The notes beneath the pieces were generated by a model. It was not told the DNA's origin. It was given only the letters and a program-made list of their open reading frames with translations, and ran no database searches. The translations under genes were made by a program, and so were the position numbers. This document shows positions 1-9,572 of a DNA stretch of 64,000 nucleotides, in pieces. The DNA comes from a virus. Within the stretch, counting starts at the first letter, position 1, and each line of letters starts with the position of its first letter. The DNA lies in IMG/VR virus record IMGVR_UViG_3300036985_006248, positions 64,001 to 128,000 of that record; one strand, 5' to 3'.

Positions 1-144
1 TTGTGTGGTGTCTTGCTTCTCACGTAGCAACTTACGAATATCTTTGCGAAGCTTTGTTTCTTCGGTTAATTCTTGTTTTTGCTGGCGCTTGATACTACGC
101 AGTACATTACGGACATATAATCTTAAAGTATCTAATTCTTGCAT
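1..144 (-). CDS. hypothetical protein, 5' part only (MQELDTLRLYVRNVLRSIKRQQKQELTEETKLRKDIRKLLRE...), runs off the window
   Basis: ATG at 144 directly after the stop of the upstream gene; frame is open to position 1. Confidence 0.7.
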   Translation of the reverse strand, partial: MQELDTLRLYVRNVLRSIKRQQKQELTEETKLRKDIRKLLREKQDTTQ

Positions 145-145
145 T

Positions 146-2272
146 TTAGTTTTGCTCCGATTCTTTTCCTAATGGTGCCGCATAGCCACCAACTGCACCA
201 GCACCCATACTTTCTTCTTTGGCGTGCTTAAAATATTGAACTTGTTTTTCTCTTTTTTCTGCGCCAGATTTATTTGGATAGCAACCTAATTTCTTATTAG
301 ATTTCTTAGACACTAAACAATACTTACTTCCTGTCTTTATAATATGCTCAGTAATTATATCATATATTTGTTTTTCTTCTAATTTTTGTGAAGAAGAACC
401 AAACATAGCAAGTATCTCTGCCGCGACTTTTGTTTTATTGACAGAATCAGGTAAAAACTTAACAAGATTTTCTTTGTTTTCCTCTGAAATAGCCTTACGC
501 ATATCCGTTGCGCTTATTTTGCCCAAAGATGCCATAGGTTTAACAAGTGTCTTCACGCCCTCACGCGCATATTTGGTAATATCTTTTGCGAAACGTTCCT
601 CGTCTCCACCTTTGGTACTAGTGCCTAAAATAACAGTTTGGCCGGGTTGAGCAAACTCTGGATTGTTATCTTTATTACCAACAAATTCATATGCTGCCCT
701 TACAGGAGAACTGAAAGGGGAATTCATAACAACTACTTTTTCTGAAAGTCCTTCCGCGTCCAAATATAAATCCCAAATCTTTTTCGATATATCAAATGTA
801 ACTGGTTGACCATTAGGTAAGTCTCTAGCCAATGGTGAAATCATAATAACTACTTTATCGGCTACTTTTGCATATGATTTAATCATAGCCATATGGCCTT
901 TATGGGGAGGTTTAAAAGCACCGGGCACAACCGCAATTGTTTCCCCGTTCTTCTTAGACTCATCTAATTTCTGCATAGCAGGAACATTGCCACGACCATA
1001 TTTAAATAATCCAAGAATTTGGTTGACAGGAGCAAAGTTGCCGGTAAACTTATAAGTCATACCATCATAATCAAATACGAATCCTTCTGCGGCTGCGTCA
1101 ACGTTATCGGCGCTACGTAGCTTAATCATTTGTCGTTTTAGAATATTCATTGCATCTTCATTACCGGAAGATTCTATTGCGCTGATTGCTGTTTGGACTT
1201 CCTTTTTCAGACGCTTAACTTCCTTGTCATTATCCAAAACGAATGCGCTTTGTAAACCCTTCAACATTTCAACGGCGAAATCGCTTACAATTGATTCAAG
1301 AGGTAAAATAGCAGTTTTTAATATTTCTTTTTTGCTTGTTTCGTTTAAAAGGTTTTCTTTAACGAATTCTAATTGCTCTTTAGAAATCTTTGCAGATATA
1401 TCTTTAACTGATATTCCTTTGACTCCTAGAATTCTTTTTGCTATATTCATTTTAGCCACAGGATCAAAATTCTTTATTCCACCTCTTTGCAATATTGAAT
1501 TAATTAGAATATATACACGAGCGGCCATATAATCAGCAATTGTGGAATCTTCTCCCAAACTTAATTCTTTATTTTTTACTAGAGTATTAACTGTTGCCAA
1601 TAAAGAATTAATCTTGCTTATAGAAGTATTTAATGGCTTTTTATCGGATAGAGCTTTAAGTTTTTTAACAGCGTTTACTTGAACACTATAGTTGTCGCTC
1701 TTTGATTGTTCTTGAGCATCTGAAATTACTTTTTCTAATTTTGCAGCAGGTTCAGATAAATCTCTTGTTGATGCTTGTTGTTTTTCTCTGTCATATTCAA
1801 AGTGACCTGCGCGATGAATCACTAGAGCTTTTGTATCATAGTTAATAACATTTGGAGTACGTGGATCCATTACTTCTGCGTTATAAAATATGTTAGTCTC
1901 TGGACCAAATATCTCTATTTGTTCTTCGTGGCTCAACCCTTGAACTGCCTTCTCAAACGCCTTAAGGGCATCGCTAAACGTTTCTTTCAATGCAGGGTTA
2001 GCCCGGTCAGCAAACTTAGCTGCTAATTGTTCTGGGGTCAATCCGCCACTTTTTACATCACCTTTGTTTCTAACACCTTTCGCTCTGCCATCTTTGACAG
2101 AAAAAGAAATCATTAAGTTTTGTCCATCAGTTTTTTCAGTGCCTTCAAGTTTGCCACCAGCCGCCGCCGTGAATATTTCTTTTAGTTTGGCGAATGTCAA
2201 ATCACTATTATCATATAAATGATTCATATGACCAGCCACTCCACCTTCTAATAATATTTCTTGATCTGACAT
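146..2272 (-). CDS. multidomain protein: N-terminal ligase-like nucleotidyltransferase (EKxDG) domain plus HxGH cytidylyltransferase-like domain
   Basis: 708 aa ORF; motifs TEKTDGQNL, AEGFVF and VPGAFKPPHKGH ... ISATDMR. Confidence 0.7.
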   Translation of the reverse strand: MSDQEILLEGGVAGHMNHLYDNSDLTFAKLKEIFTAAAGGKLEGTEKTDGQNLMISFSVKDGRAKGVRNKGDVKSGGLTPEQLAAKFADRANPALKETFSDALKAFEKAVQGLSHEEQIEIFGPETNIFYNAEVMDPRTPNVINYDTKALVIHRAGHFEYDREKQQASTRDLSEPAAKLEKVISDAQEQSKSDNYSVQVNAVKKLKALSDKKPLNTSISKINSLLATVNTLVKNKELSLGEDSTIADYMAARVYILINSILQRGGIKNFDPVAKMNIAKRILGVKGISVKDISAKISKEQLEFVKENLLNETSKKEILKTAILPLESIVSDFAVEMLKGLQSAFVLDNDKEVKRLKKEVQTAISAIESSGNEDAMNILKRQMIKLRSADNVDAAAEGFVFDYDGMTYKFTGNFAPVNQILGLFKYGRGNVPAMQKLDESKKNGETIAVVPGAFKPPHKGHMAMIKSYAKVADKVVIMISPLARDLPNGQPVTFDISKKIWDLYLDAEGLSEKVVVMNSPFSSPVRAAYEFVGNKDNNPEFAQPGQTVILGTSTKGGDEERFAKDITKYAREGVKTLVKPMASLGKISATDMRKAISEENKENLVKFLPDSVNKTKVAAEILAMFGSSSQKLEEKQIYDIITEHIIKTGSKYCLVSKKSNKKLGCYPNKSGAEKREKQVQYFKHAKEESMGAGAVGGYAAPLGKESEQN

Positions 2273-2281
2273 TTTGGTTTC

Positions 2282-2536
2282 TTATCCTTGGGTACTTGTG
2301 GTAGAAGTTTGGTATGGTACTGTGTTATTTCTCAAAGAAATAGGACCACCTATTTGTTGTGCGATTGGAGTGTGGCGAATTATTCCTGAAGGAGCAGTAA
2401 CTGTTGCCAAAAGGTCATTCGGGTCACCGATTACTTGCGGAAGCGTCACCATGTAGCCATTAATCTGGACTACATAAGCTGCTGTAAGCGTTTTGTTTCT
2501 ACTATCGTCATTCTGTATAGTAAAATCTCTAGCCAT
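2282..2536 (-). CDS. hypothetical protein
   Basis: 84 aa ORF tightly packed between neighbours. Confidence 0.65.
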   Translation of the reverse strand: MARDFTIQNDDSRNKTLTAAYVVQINGYMVTLPQVIGDPNDLLATVTAPSGIIRHTPIAQQIGGPISLRNNTVPYQTSTTSTQG

Positions 2537-2540
2537 ATTA

Positions 2541-3350
2541 TTATTTAACGAAACGACGCATTAGTTCTTGATAAACAAGTTCTTCTTTCTTATTAAATAA
2601 TTCCTTACAAACGCGATCCTTTTCCGTGAATAGTTGTGGATATGGATGAACAATCTGTTCTTCTTCTTCCTTACCTTCTTGTAACTTCTCTACATGTTCC
2701 TGTTCGCTCATATCTTTACCGTGACGTGCTTTCATATCATGTGCCGCTTGTTCGGTGGCCTCTTGCTTTATTGACTTTTTAGCTTTCTTTATTTTATTGT
2801 CTTTCTTCTTCTTTACAGGTGCAGTATTACTTGCGTTGCCAAGTGGATCTGACATTTGACGCAGCGCCGCGATTCTGTCTTCTGCCGTTTCTTTTGAATT
2901 TACCTTCTTCTCAGCCATTAGATTTTTCCTCTCAATTTTCTTTGTATCTGTCCAATCTCTAAAAATCATATTGCCGCGCTCAAAAGCATCGCGTTCCATT
3001 TCCCTTAAACCATTATCATGCAATGAATAAGATTCATCGCTTGCAATTTTGCTTAAGTCTATTTTTTCATCAAAACCTTTTAGCTTCTGTGCATGATGTA
3101 TTAGCTCGTGAGAAAAAGAACGAATTATATCTTTCGCATGCCTATCCGTTATATATAAATGTATTTCTTGTCTTTCGGGATCATATCCACCAGTTTTTCC
3201 TAGTAGATCGCTAGCATTATTTTTATCTTTTTTTAAGAAAACACGAGGAGGAATATCTATATTTAGCTCTTTAGAAGCATAATTATAGAACTCTTTCATA
3301 TATTTCTTAAGGTCATTGTGACTAATATTTTCGTTTAGGAGTTGTATCAT
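2541..3350 (-). CDS. HExxH metallopeptidase-like protein
   Basis: SHELIHHAQ with a downstream ERDA motif. Confidence 0.6.
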   Translation of the reverse strand: MIQLLNENISHNDLKKYMKEFYNYASKELNIDIPPRVFLKKDKNNASDLLGKTGGYDPERQEIHLYITDRHAKDIIRSFSHELIHHAQKLKGFDEKIDLSKIASDESYSLHDNGLREMERDAFERGNMIFRDWTDTKKIERKNLMAEKKVNSKETAEDRIAALRQMSDPLGNASNTAPVKKKKDNKIKKAKKSIKQEATEQAAHDMKARHGKDMSEQEHVEKLQEGKEEEEQIVHPYPQLFTEKDRVCKELFNKKEELVYQELMRRFVK

Positions 3351-3419
3351 AGAAATAAAAAAACTACTTATGAGCGTTATGTCATAAGTAGTTTCTTAAA
3401 GCTTATTTTTTCTAAATAA

Positions 3420-3581
3420 TTAGAATATTTGGATTTGGATTACTCTTGGTGAAGGCTTTTCTTCTTTTTTGTTTTTAATATATTCTTCGTATTCTTGCTC
3501 ATAATCGGGAAGCTGCAAGCGTTTTTCTTCTACAATTTGTTGTTCACGCTTTTTCTTTTCTTCAAGTGCAGGAAGAAACAT
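3420..3581 (-). CDS. hypothetical protein (start re-assigned to MFLPALEE)
   Basis: AAGGAG SD upstream of ATG at 3581. Confidence 0.55.
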   Translation of the reverse strand: MFLPALEEKKKREQQIVEEKRLQLPDYEQEYEEYIKNKKEEKPSPRVIQIQIF

Positions 3582-3624
3582 GGCATTCTCCTTGATGGGC
3601 ACAAAGCCCGTTGTGATAAATAGT

Positions 3625-3852
3625 TTACCAATCTTCGAAAGTCGTAATCTTAAAGACCGAAGTTTCTTTGAACAACATCGTTTTCTCTTTAGACACAGTG
3701 GAAGATTCAAATAAAAACATCCAAATAGCAACATATGAGGAAGGGACACTCAATAATCTTATCAATGCTGAATCAGAATTTTCTACTAATATACCGCGCC
3801 CAAACACTGTGCCATCTTTATTATTTACTCTAACTAAATCTCCCACTTTCAT
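3625..3852 (-). CDS. small GDL-family (SH3/KOW/Tudor-like) protein
   Basis: MKVGDLVRV...G.G.LV...W pattern. Confidence 0.6.
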   Translation of the reverse strand: MKVGDLVRVNNKDGTVFGRGILVENSDSALIRLLSVPSSYVAIWMFLFESSTVSKEKTMLFKETSVFKITTFEDW

Positions 3853-3855
3853 GGC

Positions 3856-4047
3856 CTACGCCCTTGCAATAAAATTATTATGTGCCTTGCCAATAGCATT
3901 GGTAATCTTAATATAATGTTCCGGGTGTTTCATCATCAGCGATGCTAAAAATTCTTGCTTTGTCAATATAGCCATATGTCCAAAGACATAAACAATACTA
4001 TCAATATCTTTGTCTGAAAGATTCTCGGGCATTTGCATTTGGGTCAT
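3856..4047 (-). CDS. hypothetical protein
   Basis: 63 aa ORF with AAGGA SD. Confidence 0.6.
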   Translation of the reverse strand: MTQMQMPENLSDKDIDSIVYVFGHMAILTKQEFLASLMMKHPEHYIKITNAIGKAHNNFIARA

Positions 4048-4151
4048 TGTTATCCTTGGGTGAGAGATGGGTAGGTTTTGATGCTACCTGCTATACTATA
4101 ACCGTTCATAAGTTGTATGTCAAGAAAAGTATATTTGTTTCAAACAATGTT

Positions 4152-4724
4152 TTATCTTTCTAGATAGAATCTCCAAGCAATTGGCACACTTTTTTCTATA
4201 TTATAATAGCCGTCTGTGGCTTCCTGAAGATATGGTAATTTATTCGGCTTCTTGGGTTGCTTGACGAGTTTGAAGCCAGATTCTTTTAACGACTTATTGG
4301 CTTTTTTCTGATTACACCCATAACAGCAGGTGATAACGTTTTCCCACATTGTTTTTCCACCAGACGTTTTAGGAATTATGTGGTCAATCGTAAAAGTTGC
4401 AAAGGTGACATGATTTTGACAATATTGACACCTGCCCTCGTCACGGGTCCAAACATTCTTACGAGAAAAACGAATAGCCGAGTTTCTTCTCTTACCTATA
4501 GCATTGTTCTTAAATATAACAACGGCTGGTACTCTCATAGACATTGAGGGTGACCGAATTACTTCATCGTATTCTTCTAGCGTTGTTACTTTATTAGAAT
4601 AGATAAGTGTAACAGCACGAGCCCAAGAAATAACACCAAGAGGCTCATAATTGGTGGATAAAGCTAATACTTTCATTTTTGAAACTCCGTTGGAAGTTTC
4701 ATCATACATGACCTTTTCTCCCAC
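4152..4724 (-). CDS. HNH endonuclease (McrA-like)
   Basis: RDEGRCQYC...TIDHIIP...WENVITCCYGCNQKK. Confidence 0.9.
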   Translation of the reverse strand: MGEKVMYDETSNGVSKMKVLALSTNYEPLGVISWARAVTLIYSNKVTTLEEYDEVIRSPSMSMRVPAVVIFKNNAIGKRRNSAIRFSRKNVWTRDEGRCQYCQNHVTFATFTIDHIIPKTSGGKTMWENVITCCYGCNQKKANKSLKESGFKLVKQPKKPNKLPYLQEATDGYYNIEKSVPIAWRFYLER

Positions 4725-4736
4725 GTCAAACGAGAC

Positions 4737-4955
4737 TTATTTTTTAGTTAAACCTAAATCTACTGTGAAATTTTCATTAACATGGTTACAACTATTGCAT
4801 GCAAATACTGGAACAGGAATAAACGTGTCCTTCCCATCTTCCATCAGTAAGCCAGAAATACTCTTTATAACAAATACTTGCTTCAAAAATTCACAGCCAC
4901 ATTTTTCACAAGCTATAGTCTTTGCGTTATCAAGTTGCATTTTATTTAATTTCAT
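4737..4955 (-). CDS. small zinc-ribbon protein
   Basis: CEKCG...CNSCNH. Confidence 0.65.
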   Translation of the reverse strand: MKLNKMQLDNAKTIACEKCGCEFLKQVFVIKSISGLLMEDGKDTFIPVPVFACNSCNHVNENFTVDLGLTKK

Positions 4956-4964
4956 TTTTATCCT

Positions 4965-5288
4965 TTATAAACTCATGGTAATCATACCAACAAATACTAA
5001 TATCAACCCTATCATTTTATGCCCATGTAACTCGTTATTCAAAATGAAATAAGCAGTTGTATACCAAGCGGCATGAAAAAAGAATGTCTGAAATGCCGAC
5101 ATTAATGTTAATGGTAACATTTTTGCACGTAATTGATAAGCAAAAATACTAGCACTAATGAAACTAGTTAAATAAGTCCAATACCAAGCCATGTTACCCG
5201 CTCGTATTGACTTAGCCATAAATGCTGCCATTACGCCGTTTGCTATTAATATTAACGCTACGATTACAACTTTTATTTGATTGTTCAT
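4965..5288 (-). CDS. small 4-TM membrane protein (SMR/EamA-like)
   Basis: 107 aa with four hydrophobic segments, ending GLILVFVGMI. Confidence 0.6.
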   Translation of the reverse strand: MNNQIKVVIVALILIANGVMAAFMAKSIRAGNMAWYWTYLTSFISASIFAYQLRAKMLPLTLMSAFQTFFFHAAWYTTAYFILNNELHGHKMIGLILVFVGMITMSL

Positions 5289-5299
5289 TTTGTCTTTTC

Positions 5300-6001
5300 T
5301 TATGCTTTACAAATTTCATATTTTCCAACCATTTTTATTATTTGTTGTAATTTTGAATTAGGGTGATTAGTTTTAATAACTGCCCAATAGGCACCTTTAT
5401 CGATAGCTATTGATTCATATCTACGTATTTGTTTTGTAAGTATTTTTATTCCACACGATAAATTATTATATGGATTGAGTATCGTCTTTCGTTTATCATC
5501 GTCTGAAAGCTTAGAATCTTTCGACCAATCAAAGCTACAATTATGGTATAGGGAATCTATGTAGCCGACCTGCAACAATCCTTCACTTATCAATGGTGCG
5601 CTAGTAACAGGGTCTATAGAATTTGAAACACTCGCTATTCTCGCACTGGGGTTGAATGTGCTTTCATAAAATGACATTGATGCAATGAGTTGCCCCCAGA
5701 CATTTATCTTTTGATTTTTATTCAAGTTTTTATAATTAGGACAAAAATGCTTTATATCTTTGGCGCTATTTAAAATTTCAAAGTTATTTTCTATTTGTAA
5801 GAATACATACTCGCTCCACCTTTTCCTACTTGGATTGTTTTTTTCCCATTCTAGTGGGAGCATTGTTTCCTCTATTTTTTCTTCTTCTTCAATCATTATT
5901 TCTGGAATTATTACAACTTGTGGAGTATGACAAGCGAGTTTATGCCCAACAAACAACACACTGTTTAATAATAGAAACATATATAATATTTTTGTTTTCA
6001 T
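5300..6001 (-). CDS. SLT-family lytic transglycosylase with N-terminal signal/anchor
   Basis: YESTFNP (catalytic Glu), SEGLLQ and NLSCGIKIL motifs. Confidence 0.8.
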   Translation of the reverse strand: MKTKILYMFLLLNSVLFVGHKLACHTPQVVIIPEIMIEEEEKIEETMLPLEWEKNNPSRKRWSEYVFLQIENNFEILNSAKDIKHFCPNYKNLNKNQKINVWGQLIASMSFYESTFNPSARIASVSNSIDPVTSAPLISEGLLQVGYIDSLYHNCSFDWSKDSKLSDDDKRKTILNPYNNLSCGIKILTKQIRRYESIAIDKGAYWAVIKTNHPNSKLQQIIKMVGKYEICKA

Positions 6002-6156
6002 AGTTTATTTTTAACAAAATTTAAATAATATATTAAATTTAGCTTTAACCTTTGTGGGTCTTAGTATACTCTTATTTCTGAGTATTTTATACTGCCACAT
6101 CTATTTCCCCAAACAGGATGTTTCCATCAACCGCTTGAGATAATGGATTATTGATG

Positions 6157-6357
6157 CTACTCTTTTATTAATTTAACGATTACTAGCTCATCATCATAAA
6201 AATATAAGGGGTCTGCTTCCTCGTCATAAGCAATCTCTATGTAATAATCTCCATTATTCCCCATTGTATCGATATACGTGACAAAGCCATATAGAGTGTC
6301 GCTATCACGAACTCTGACAAAATCATCGATATCAACCAAACATTGTCTTCTGGCCAT
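6157..6357 (-). CDS. small GDL-family-like protein
   Basis: DIDDFVRV...GFV...YYIE. Confidence 0.55.
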   Translation of the reverse strand: MARRQCLVDIDDFVRVRDSDTLYGFVTYIDTMGNNGDYYIEIAYDEEADPLYFYDDELVIVKLIKE

Positions 6358-6484
6358 AGTATTATAAATAGTATTGCAAATGATAAAGCCCCACCAGCGC
6401 GGGGCAACACAACCGCGAAGCGGGGGAGAATTTTTTTGCCTTTCCTACCATACCACCCTTCCCCCTGCCCGTGTGGATTGTTTT

Positions 6485-7045
6485 TTACTTTATTGTGGTA
6501 TTGTGACGTTCAAGAAACGCATAGAACTTCTTACGCAAGAAATTCGGGAACGGAAACATCCATAGATACTCAGAAGAACTAAAAAGAGATATATAATATT
6601 CAATAACTGCTTTGTTGATATAACCATAACGGTCACGTTCAGCTATCATACTTTCACAGTAACCACGATATTCCCAATATGCGCGCATTGTAAAAACAAA
6701 CGGCAGCGGAAAGAACAGGTAACTCAATTCAAAAAGTACAGGCCAACGTCGCGCATCGCGTAGATGAACAAGTTCGTGACGCAATACGTCGTATCCAATC
6801 GCAGTACCAATCAAACGTCGTGGCATATAGACTTTGCCAAACACGGCAGTTATATAATTGGTCATAAAAGATTTATTCCAGAATGTCATCAAAGTAACGG
6901 CATAAAGTGCTCTCATAAAAAAAGATTCATCCTTTGGCACTACTTTGAAGCGTGGAAACTCTTTTGATATGTTTATAACAAGTTCATTATATTTGAGGTA
7001 ATCATCGCCATAATACTCAGTCATCTTTTTTATCTCCTTTCTCAA
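6485..7045 (-). CDS. HExxH-containing hypothetical protein
   Basis: LRHELVH...WEYRGY. Confidence 0.65.
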   Translation of the reverse strand: MRKEIKKMTEYYGDDYLKYNELVINISKEFPRFKVVPKDESFFMRALYAVTLMTFWNKSFMTNYITAVFGKVYMPRRLIGTAIGYDVLRHELVHLRDARRWPVLFELSYLFFPLPFVFTMRAYWEYRGYCESMIAERDRYGYINKAVIEYYISLFSSSEYLWMFPFPNFLRKKFYAFLERHNTTIK

Positions 7046-7265
7046 TAATTAATAATTGTATTTCTTCAGGATATGCAATGTAAAATTTATTTGTTTTTAT
7101 ACCATAAAGCCTATACCAACTGTTTTCCACCAACCCATAATTACATTCAACAACAACAGCTAACTCAGGCGGGCGGCTTAATATTTGAACCTCCACCAAA
7201 GCACCCACCGGAATTTTTTTCTTTAGATATTGACCTTTTTTCTTCCTTTTGCCTTTACCTCGCAT
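7017..7265 (-). CDS. small GDL-family-like protein
   Basis: IPVGALVEV...AVVV...WY. Confidence 0.55.
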   Translation of the reverse strand: MRGKGKRKKKGQYLKKKIPVGALVEVQILSRPPELAVVVECNYGLVENSWYRLYGIKTNKFYIAYPEEIQLLIIEKGDKKDD

Positions 7266-7423
7266 ATTATAAATAGTTTTATACTATTATATAAACGCAA
7301 TATTAGCATAGTATTTTGTGACGCTCTAGGAGGCTCTAGAAACGCGATGTGAGAAAAGAGGTGGCCACCGTCTGCCCTATGGGCAGAAATGCGCGTAGGA
7401 GGCAATACAGGCGCTACAATAGC

Positions 7424-7446
7424 AAAAAGGGATGCATAGCATCCCC
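7424..7446 (-). terminator. intrinsic terminator after paralogue array 1
   Basis: GGGATGC-TAT-GCATCCC followed by TTTTT on the minus strand. Confidence 0.7.
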
Positions 7447-7449
7447 TGA

Positions 7450-7665
7450 TTACCAAATAGTTGATTTGCGGATGTCATCGACGTTAAGCTTTAAAAAAAA
7501 TAGTTGGCTTGGTGCAATATCTTGTGGAGAACTTTTGTCACTCCATTGAATCCGATATTCAGGAGACGCACCCGAAACAATTAACCCAAAGATGTACCCA
7601 CCGTTGAGAGTTGTGCATGCAACGAGGTCGCCTACATTGTATTCCATGTTCTGTTGTGTTTTCAT
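7450..7665 (-). CDS. GDL-family paralogue
   Basis: YNVGDLVAC...GLIV...YRIQW; start placed at the ATGA overlap with the upstream stop. Confidence 0.7.
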   Translation of the reverse strand: MKTQQNMEYNVGDLVACTTLNGGYIFGLIVSGASPEYRIQWSDKSSPQDIAPSQLFFLKLNVDDIRKSTIW

Positions 7666-7952
7666 AATCCCAAGTTTTGTTTTAAACGGAAAAATGATTC
7701 CCGATATCTCCAAATCATCCATTCGGATAATCTCCTGCTTTCTTCGCCGTTTGCCCAATCGATATTGTATAGTGGCGTTACCTGTCCCTCAACAACAGTC
7801 CAGTCAAGAGATTGTATCCACCCAAGAAGCACTTCATCCCGTGTATCTACATAGTATGCAGCAACAAGGTCACCAATATTGTGTTTATGGCAAACTACAT
7901 CTTTTTTCACAGGCACATCTTTTTTCTTTCTTTTAGGTAAACTCTTCGCCAT
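7662..7952 (-). CDS. GDL-family paralogue
   Basis: HNIGDLVAA...GWI...YNIDW. Confidence 0.7.
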   Translation of the reverse strand: MAKSLPKRKKKDVPVKKDVVCHKHNIGDLVAAYYVDTRDEVLLGWIQSLDWTVVEGQVTPLYNIDWANGEESRRLSEWMIWRYRESFFRLKQNLGL

Positions 7953-8197
7953 GTGTCAATTAAGTTTTCGTCATATTTATAGAATTGTTCGCCGGGTGCT
8001 GCATGGCTCCAACATACAAGGTATAAGGTAGAATCGCTTTGCTTCTGTGCTCGACTAGAACGTTTGGTTCCTTTTACTATACCAGTAATCCACCCAATAC
8101 GGTAGTCTTGTTTAATATATAAATCGGATTGATATTGAGCACCGGCAGTTGTCCAAAGCATCAATAGGTCACCAATATTGTGTTTATATTTTTTCAT
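7907..8197 (-). CDS. GDL-family paralogue
   Basis: HNIGDLLML...GWI...YLVCW; ATGA overlap. Confidence 0.7.
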   Translation of the reverse strand: MKKYKHNIGDLLMLWTTAGAQYQSDLYIKQDYRIGWITGIVKGTKRSSRAQKQSDSTLYLVCWSHAAPGEQFYKYDENLIDTWRRVYLKERKKMCL

Positions 8198-8457
8198 GGG
8201 CTGCATTTCTTTTTTATTTTTAAAGCATTATTCTTCCACACTCTGACCGAGTTCTCGTCGTGCTGTCGCGGTGGCCAACCTTCTCTGTCATCACTCCATA
8301 CCACAGAATAAAGTGTAGAAAGTTCATCGTCATATGGATTATATTTTACCTTAACAACCCACCCAATCAACGTCGAAGCCGCAATCGAACCGACGATTAT
8401 AAGCAGATCACCAACCTTGATATCTTGATCACCAACCTTGATATCTTGTTTTTTCAT
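8194..8457 (-). CDS. GDL-family paralogue
   Basis: IKVGDLLII...GWV...YSVVW; ATGA overlap. Confidence 0.7.
   Translation of the reverse strand: MKKQDIKVGDQDIKVGDLLIIVGSIAASTLIGWVVKVKYNPYDDELSTLYSVVWSDDREGWPPRQHDENSVRVWKNNALKIKKKCSP
8406..8447. repeat. exact 21-bp tandem duplication (GATCACCAACCTTGATATCTT x2) duplicating QDIKVGD
   Basis: read directly from the sequence. Confidence 0.9.
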
Positions 8458-8720
8458 AAGCCAAATTCCTTTTTTAATTTCAAAGCGTGTCTGTGCCATT
8501 TATCAATATGATACTCAGAATACTCTTTCGGTCTTCTCCCCCCTTCATCACTCCAAGCTGCTTTATAACACATTTCTAAAGAGCCATCTGGTGGCACAAG
8601 CTCAGTAATCCATCCACAGTGAAGCGCCTTGCGCGCCAGCGGTGACGCTCCAATGTAAATATCTTGTATCACCAATAAATCACCAACTTTGTATTTATGT
8701 TTTCGAGTTTTATTTTTCAT
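8454..8720 (-). CDS. GDL-family paralogue
   Basis: YKVGDLLVI...GWI...YKAAW. Confidence 0.7.
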   Translation of the reverse strand: MKNKTRKHKYKVGDLLVIQDIYIGASPLARKALHCGWITELVPPDGSLEMCYKAAWSDEGGRRPKEYSEYHIDKWHRHALKLKKEFGL

Positions 8721-8968
8721 AGACCCATCCTAGCGCGTTCTTGCAAGTAGTTAAAGCGCCATGATTCTATATCTACTTCACGGTAAGAACCCACCATCTT
8801 TTCCCCGTTGGGACTGAATATATTTAACCACTCTATATCATAGATAAATGAGTGGGGGTGGCGCTCGACCGGATGATAAGACACCATGATTACCATGGCA
8901 AGACGGCAACCTTCGACTCCAAAAGTGCTCCATAACAGATCGCCAACGCTATACTGTGGAGGTTTCAT
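8717..8968 (-). CDS. GDL-family paralogue
   Basis: YSVGDLLW...YDIEW...WRFNYL. Confidence 0.7.
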   Translation of the reverse strand: MKPPQYSVGDLLWSTFGVEGCRLAMVIMVSYHPVERHPHSFIYDIEWLNIFSPNGEKMVGSYREVDIESWRFNYLQERARMGL

Positions 8969-9234
8969 AGACCCATGTTACCACGGTGCGCGAGGTAGTG
9001 CAAGCGCCACTCTGTTACATCCACTTCTCCATAACTCCCATATCTCTCAAGAAACGGAAAATTTTTTTCTGTATTAAGCCATTCTATAACATAATATTTA
9101 TCCCCTTCTACAACTCCATGCACTCCAACAATCATTGCAAGCGAAAAAAATGGCACACCGTCGTTATGGGCTTTTGTCCACTCGCGTTCAATCAACAGGT
9201 CACCAACTTCCAAATTTGTATATTTCTTTTTCAT
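8965..9234 (-). CDS. GDL-family paralogue
   Basis: LEVGDLLI...YVIEW...WRLHYL. Confidence 0.7.
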   Translation of the reverse strand: MKKKYTNLEVGDLLIEREWTKAHNDGVPFFSLAMIVGVHGVVEGDKYYVIEWLNTEKNFPFLERYGSYGEVDVTEWRLHYLAHRGNMGL

Positions 9235-9572
9235 TTGATTTGCTTTTTAATCATCAAGTAGATGTCACGCCAGCCACTCAGTGTTCTATATTTGTAGAAA
9301 AAAGTTTGGTTTGGAATATTGTTCCATTCAACCGCATACCAAATCTTTTCAATGGTTTTGAATTGCTCAATCATATAACCGGGTGGTGTCGCATTCACGT
9401 CCACAATCCAACCAACATTGTATTGTTGAATTTCCGATTCATCTTCATCATAATCGTCGGGATCGGGAAACTCATCGCGGTCATCGGGCCAAGGAGCACC
9501 GCGTGGTGAAGTATTGGGATAGGGTTTTATTTTCACAAACAGCAGGTCGCCAATCGATAACTTCGCGTTCAT
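9231..9572 (-). CDS. GDL-family paralogue with acidic insertion
   Basis: LSIGDLLF...GWI...YAVEW...WRDIYL. Confidence 0.7.
   Translation of the reverse strand: MNAKLSIGDLLFVKIKPYPNTSPRGAPWPDDRDEFPDPDDYDEDESEIQQYNVGWIVDVNATPPGYMIEQFKTIEKIWYAVEWNNIPNQTFFYKYRTLSGWRDIYLMIKKQIK

Noticed and set aside
7280-7420. Additional ncRNA in the intergenic region with small hairpins
   Set aside because: Only short local hairpins (e.g. TCTGCCC-TAT-GGGCAGA); not enough support.
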